A stretch of 64,000 nucleotides of DNA from Eledone cirrhosa. Taxonomy: Eukaryota. The stretch spans positions 256,432,001 through 256,496,000 of the forward strand of contig OZ024740.1 of assembly GCA_964016885.1 (NCBI GenBank). Direction: 5' to 3'. Below, one piece after another: positions 60,898 through 64,000 of this stretch; the first letter of the stretch is position 1; each line of letters opens with the position of its first letter. Under the pieces are notes generated by a model, which had not been told where the DNA came from, did not search any database, and saw only the letters and a list, made by a program, of their open reading frames with translations. Position numbers and translations under genes: made by a program.

Positions 60898-61080
60898 TGA
60901 ATTGGCAGTATCGGTGAGGGTCGGACGCCATGCTTTCCAGCATAGTTACGTCCCTTTACGGTCTGAGTTCAAATCCCGTAGATGTTAACTTTGCCTTTCA
61001 TCCTTACGGGGTCGATAAAATAAAGTACCAGTAATACACTGGGATAATTTGCTGGCCTTGTGCTAAAAGTAGAAACAATT
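60898..61080 (+). mobile_element. SINE family 1 copy
   Basis: Full motif set; possible TSD ATTATATT. Confidence 0.9.
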
Positions 61081-61711
61081 ATATTAGTTAGTGTTTTCGT
61101 TCTGTAACCATTATGTTAAATGAGTTTTTAAAAAAAGAGTTAATAAATAAATAAAACGTTATACTTGTTTTACACTCCCATTTCCAATTCACCGAACGCT
61201 ATCATAACTGTATGTGTGTGTTTGTGTAAATGTATATGTGTGAATGAATGTATGTTTGTGTGAAAGTATGTGTATTTATGTGAATTATGTACGTGAGAGT
61301 GTATTTTTTATAAGTTTGTGTTTGCGCGATTATAGATATATACTCATAATAGTTATATACTCATACATATAAATGTATGTCCACACTCATACGCGTCAGC
61401 GTGTAGAAAATCATAATCTCTTTATCTCTCTCATCACACACTTTCTCTTTCTATATATATGGTAGTTGAAGTGGTGTTGGTGGTGACGATATACCGGAAG
61501 TGCAACTTTGAAAAGAAGTCAATTTGAAATTATTTATTTTTACGAAATTATTTTTTTTTACGAAATTGTGTACATAAATTATGTAATAAAGTAATCCAAC
61601 TTACAGTTTACTAACTGGATTAAAAGAAATAAACCGCACGCAGTCCCGCAGATCTTCCTTTATTATAATTTAGATGATAGCTTGTCAGTATATAAGCACA
61701 GACACACACAC

Positions 61712-61749
<38 letters not shown>

Positions 61750-61751
<2 letters not shown>

Positions 61752-62325
61752 CGGGTAAAATTCCCGAGATCCATGGACGAGTTTTCACCAGCAGTCTCTG
61801 TCCTTCATTATGGCTGCTATGTCCTGCGTCTCCCAGAGACGACTGTCTGTCCTTAGAGCATCAACATACGTCATTCTCAGTCTCCCTCATTAAGTATGTC
61901 CGTGTAGGGACTCCCATAGGCCCATTGAGTGCAGTGCCAACTCTAGCTAACTTTCGGAAGACACCTGTACAGCTCTGACTTCTTCATTCTCACTGCATAC
62001 CGATTATGTTCAGAGCCATCCTCAGCATCCTCAAGTAGCACTCATCCACCATCTGAGTGAGCCTATTTGTGTGCAAGTCTCAGACCCGTAGAGCAGCACA
62101 GACTCCACTGTAGCGACGAAGAGATGGGTTTTTATGAAGGTCCGACTTCCACACCAGTCTCAAACCTTGACACGCTGCCGTGGCTTTATTCTTCCTCTCC
62201 AACATATCATCTTCTATGTTCCCAATCTTTGCTTTTAGATACAGGAATTCCTCAAGCAGTTCTAGCGGCTTCCCGCCCGCATTCATAATCTTCTCTGGCT
62301 TCTTGATGTTCTCTACCAAATACTT
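61750..62325 (-). mobile_element. 3' fragment of the same LINE family as 28426-31093
   Basis: KYLVENIKKPEKIMNAGGKPLELLEEFLYLKAKIG closely matches 30600-30720. Confidence 0.88.
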
Positions 62326-62333
62326 AAAAAAGA

Positions 62334-62415
<82 letters not shown>

Positions 62416-62417
<2 letters not shown>

Positions 62418-62495
62418 GGGTGGCCCACCAGAAATGTTTACAAACTTCAACAGCATTTTCATGAAAGTGTGTATACATGTTTTGGGGTCACCCTG
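62416..62495. mobile_element. 80-bp Tc1/mariner-type MITE remnant
   Basis: Imperfect TIRs (T/C)AGGGTG(G/A)CCC, flanked by TA. Confidence 0.55.
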
Positions 62496-62526
62496 TATAT
62501 ACATACATACATATATATATATATAT

Positions 62527-62590
<64 letters not shown>

Positions 62591-62592
62591 GC

Positions 62593-62646
<54 letters not shown>

Positions 62647-63059
62647 ATACTTTGGAAGAGTCATGTTGCCAATAAAAACACACGCACCTTTTGGTTTTCA
62701 CTTCAATCTATTATACATTTCCGGTTGGTTGGTTTGATAACGGAAGGTTGTTTATATATTGTCAAAGCTCTTCCGTCACACATTCTGTGACCTCCCCAGT
62801 GACTAGGTTTATATTTTGTATGTCTCCATCTTGTTTTTGTGTGTTGTGTGTTGTGTGCTTAGCTCCTGCATGCGTTACATCGAAGTATATAATCGGAGTA
62901 TATAATAAAGGTAAAAACGTAAATATGTTACCAGAAGTTTGTCATAAGAACATTGGGAGGATAGATGATATGGGAAGTAAGCATAAGTATCAATATTTAT
63001 ATAAGAAAAGATAGCAAAGGCTATATCAGATTTTCAAAGAAAAGCACATTATATATAGG

Positions 63060-63337
<278 letters not shown>

Positions 63338-63525
63338 AGATCAAAAGATGGTTAAAGGAGTTCAATGTATTTTATTATGCGCATTTCAAAAACAAACATC
63401 ATCATGCAATAATATTTGTGTTTTCATCAGATAAAACAGGAGAACATGATATGAAGGCTACATATATATATATATATAGATGAGATTCTGCAGGACTAGA
63501 ACTGCTTCAATATTTAGAAATCATC

Positions 63526-63692
63526 GGTAGAGGGTCAGACGCCATGCTTTCCAGCATAGTTACGTCCCTTTACGATCTGAGTTCAAATCCCGCCGAGGTT
63601 GACTTTGCCTTTCATCCTTACGGGGTCGATAAAATAAAGTACCAGTAATGCACTGGGTAATTTTCTGGCCTTGTGCCTAACGTAGAAACAAT
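63526..63692 (+). mobile_element. SINE family 1 copy with 15-bp TSD TATTTAGAAATCATC, splitting a (-) hammerhead
   Basis: TSD at 63511-63525 and 63693-63707. Confidence 0.9.
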
Positions 63693-63715
63693 TATTTAGA
63701 AATCATCAGGAATCA

Positions 63716-63768
63716 GAGATTCCTGATGATTTCTAAAGAATGAAACAGTTCTAGTCCTGTAGAATCTC
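63716..63768 (+). ncRNA. Type I hammerhead (same family as 41809-41859)
   Basis: gagattc CTGATGA tttctaaagaat GAAA cagttctagtcctg TA gaatctc, with a 7-bp stem I. Confidence 0.82.
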
Positions 63769-63826
63769 ATCTATATTAAAACTTTTATACTCTGCAATGT
63801 ATTGAGTACCTTAATAACGAAATAAC

Positions 63827-63945
<119 letters not shown>

Positions 63946-64000
63946 CGATATTAAATAAATGGAAACTATATTTATAAAACCATATTTATTTCATTATATA

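Overview
This is repeat-saturated eukaryotic DNA. The repeat repertoire suggests an octopus or other cephalopod, which is an inference. I could not support any host protein-coding exon. Most listed ORFs are microsatellite artefacts ((TA)n, (CA)n, GGT/GAT). The real coding remnants are all decayed transposons: RTE-group, CR1-like, CRE-like and I/Jockey-like LINE fragments, a mariner transposase fragment, and five Penelope-like element (PLE) remnants. Three of the PLEs are Naiad-type (YRDD RT or CxCx5Cx5C linker plus GIY-YIG) and two are CxxC-type GIY-YIG fragments. At least 11 copies of one tRNA-like SINE are also present. The main signal missed by the ORF track is a dense set of type I hammerhead ribozyme (HHR) motifs (stem I-CUGANGA-stem II-GAAA-palindromic mini stem III-UH-stem I). 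They belong to about 9 unrelated short repeat families, plus several half or degenerate motifs. They lie at the 3' ends of PLE coding remnants and in non-coding tandem or inverted units of about 300-450 nt that resemble retrozymes. Unusual variants include a U3:A8 covariant core, recurrent U.U at 10.1-11.1, a stem II of about 100 nt, and fold-back palindromes carrying only the 3' half of a ribozyme on each strand. All structures were folded by eye, and catalytic activity is not demonstrated.
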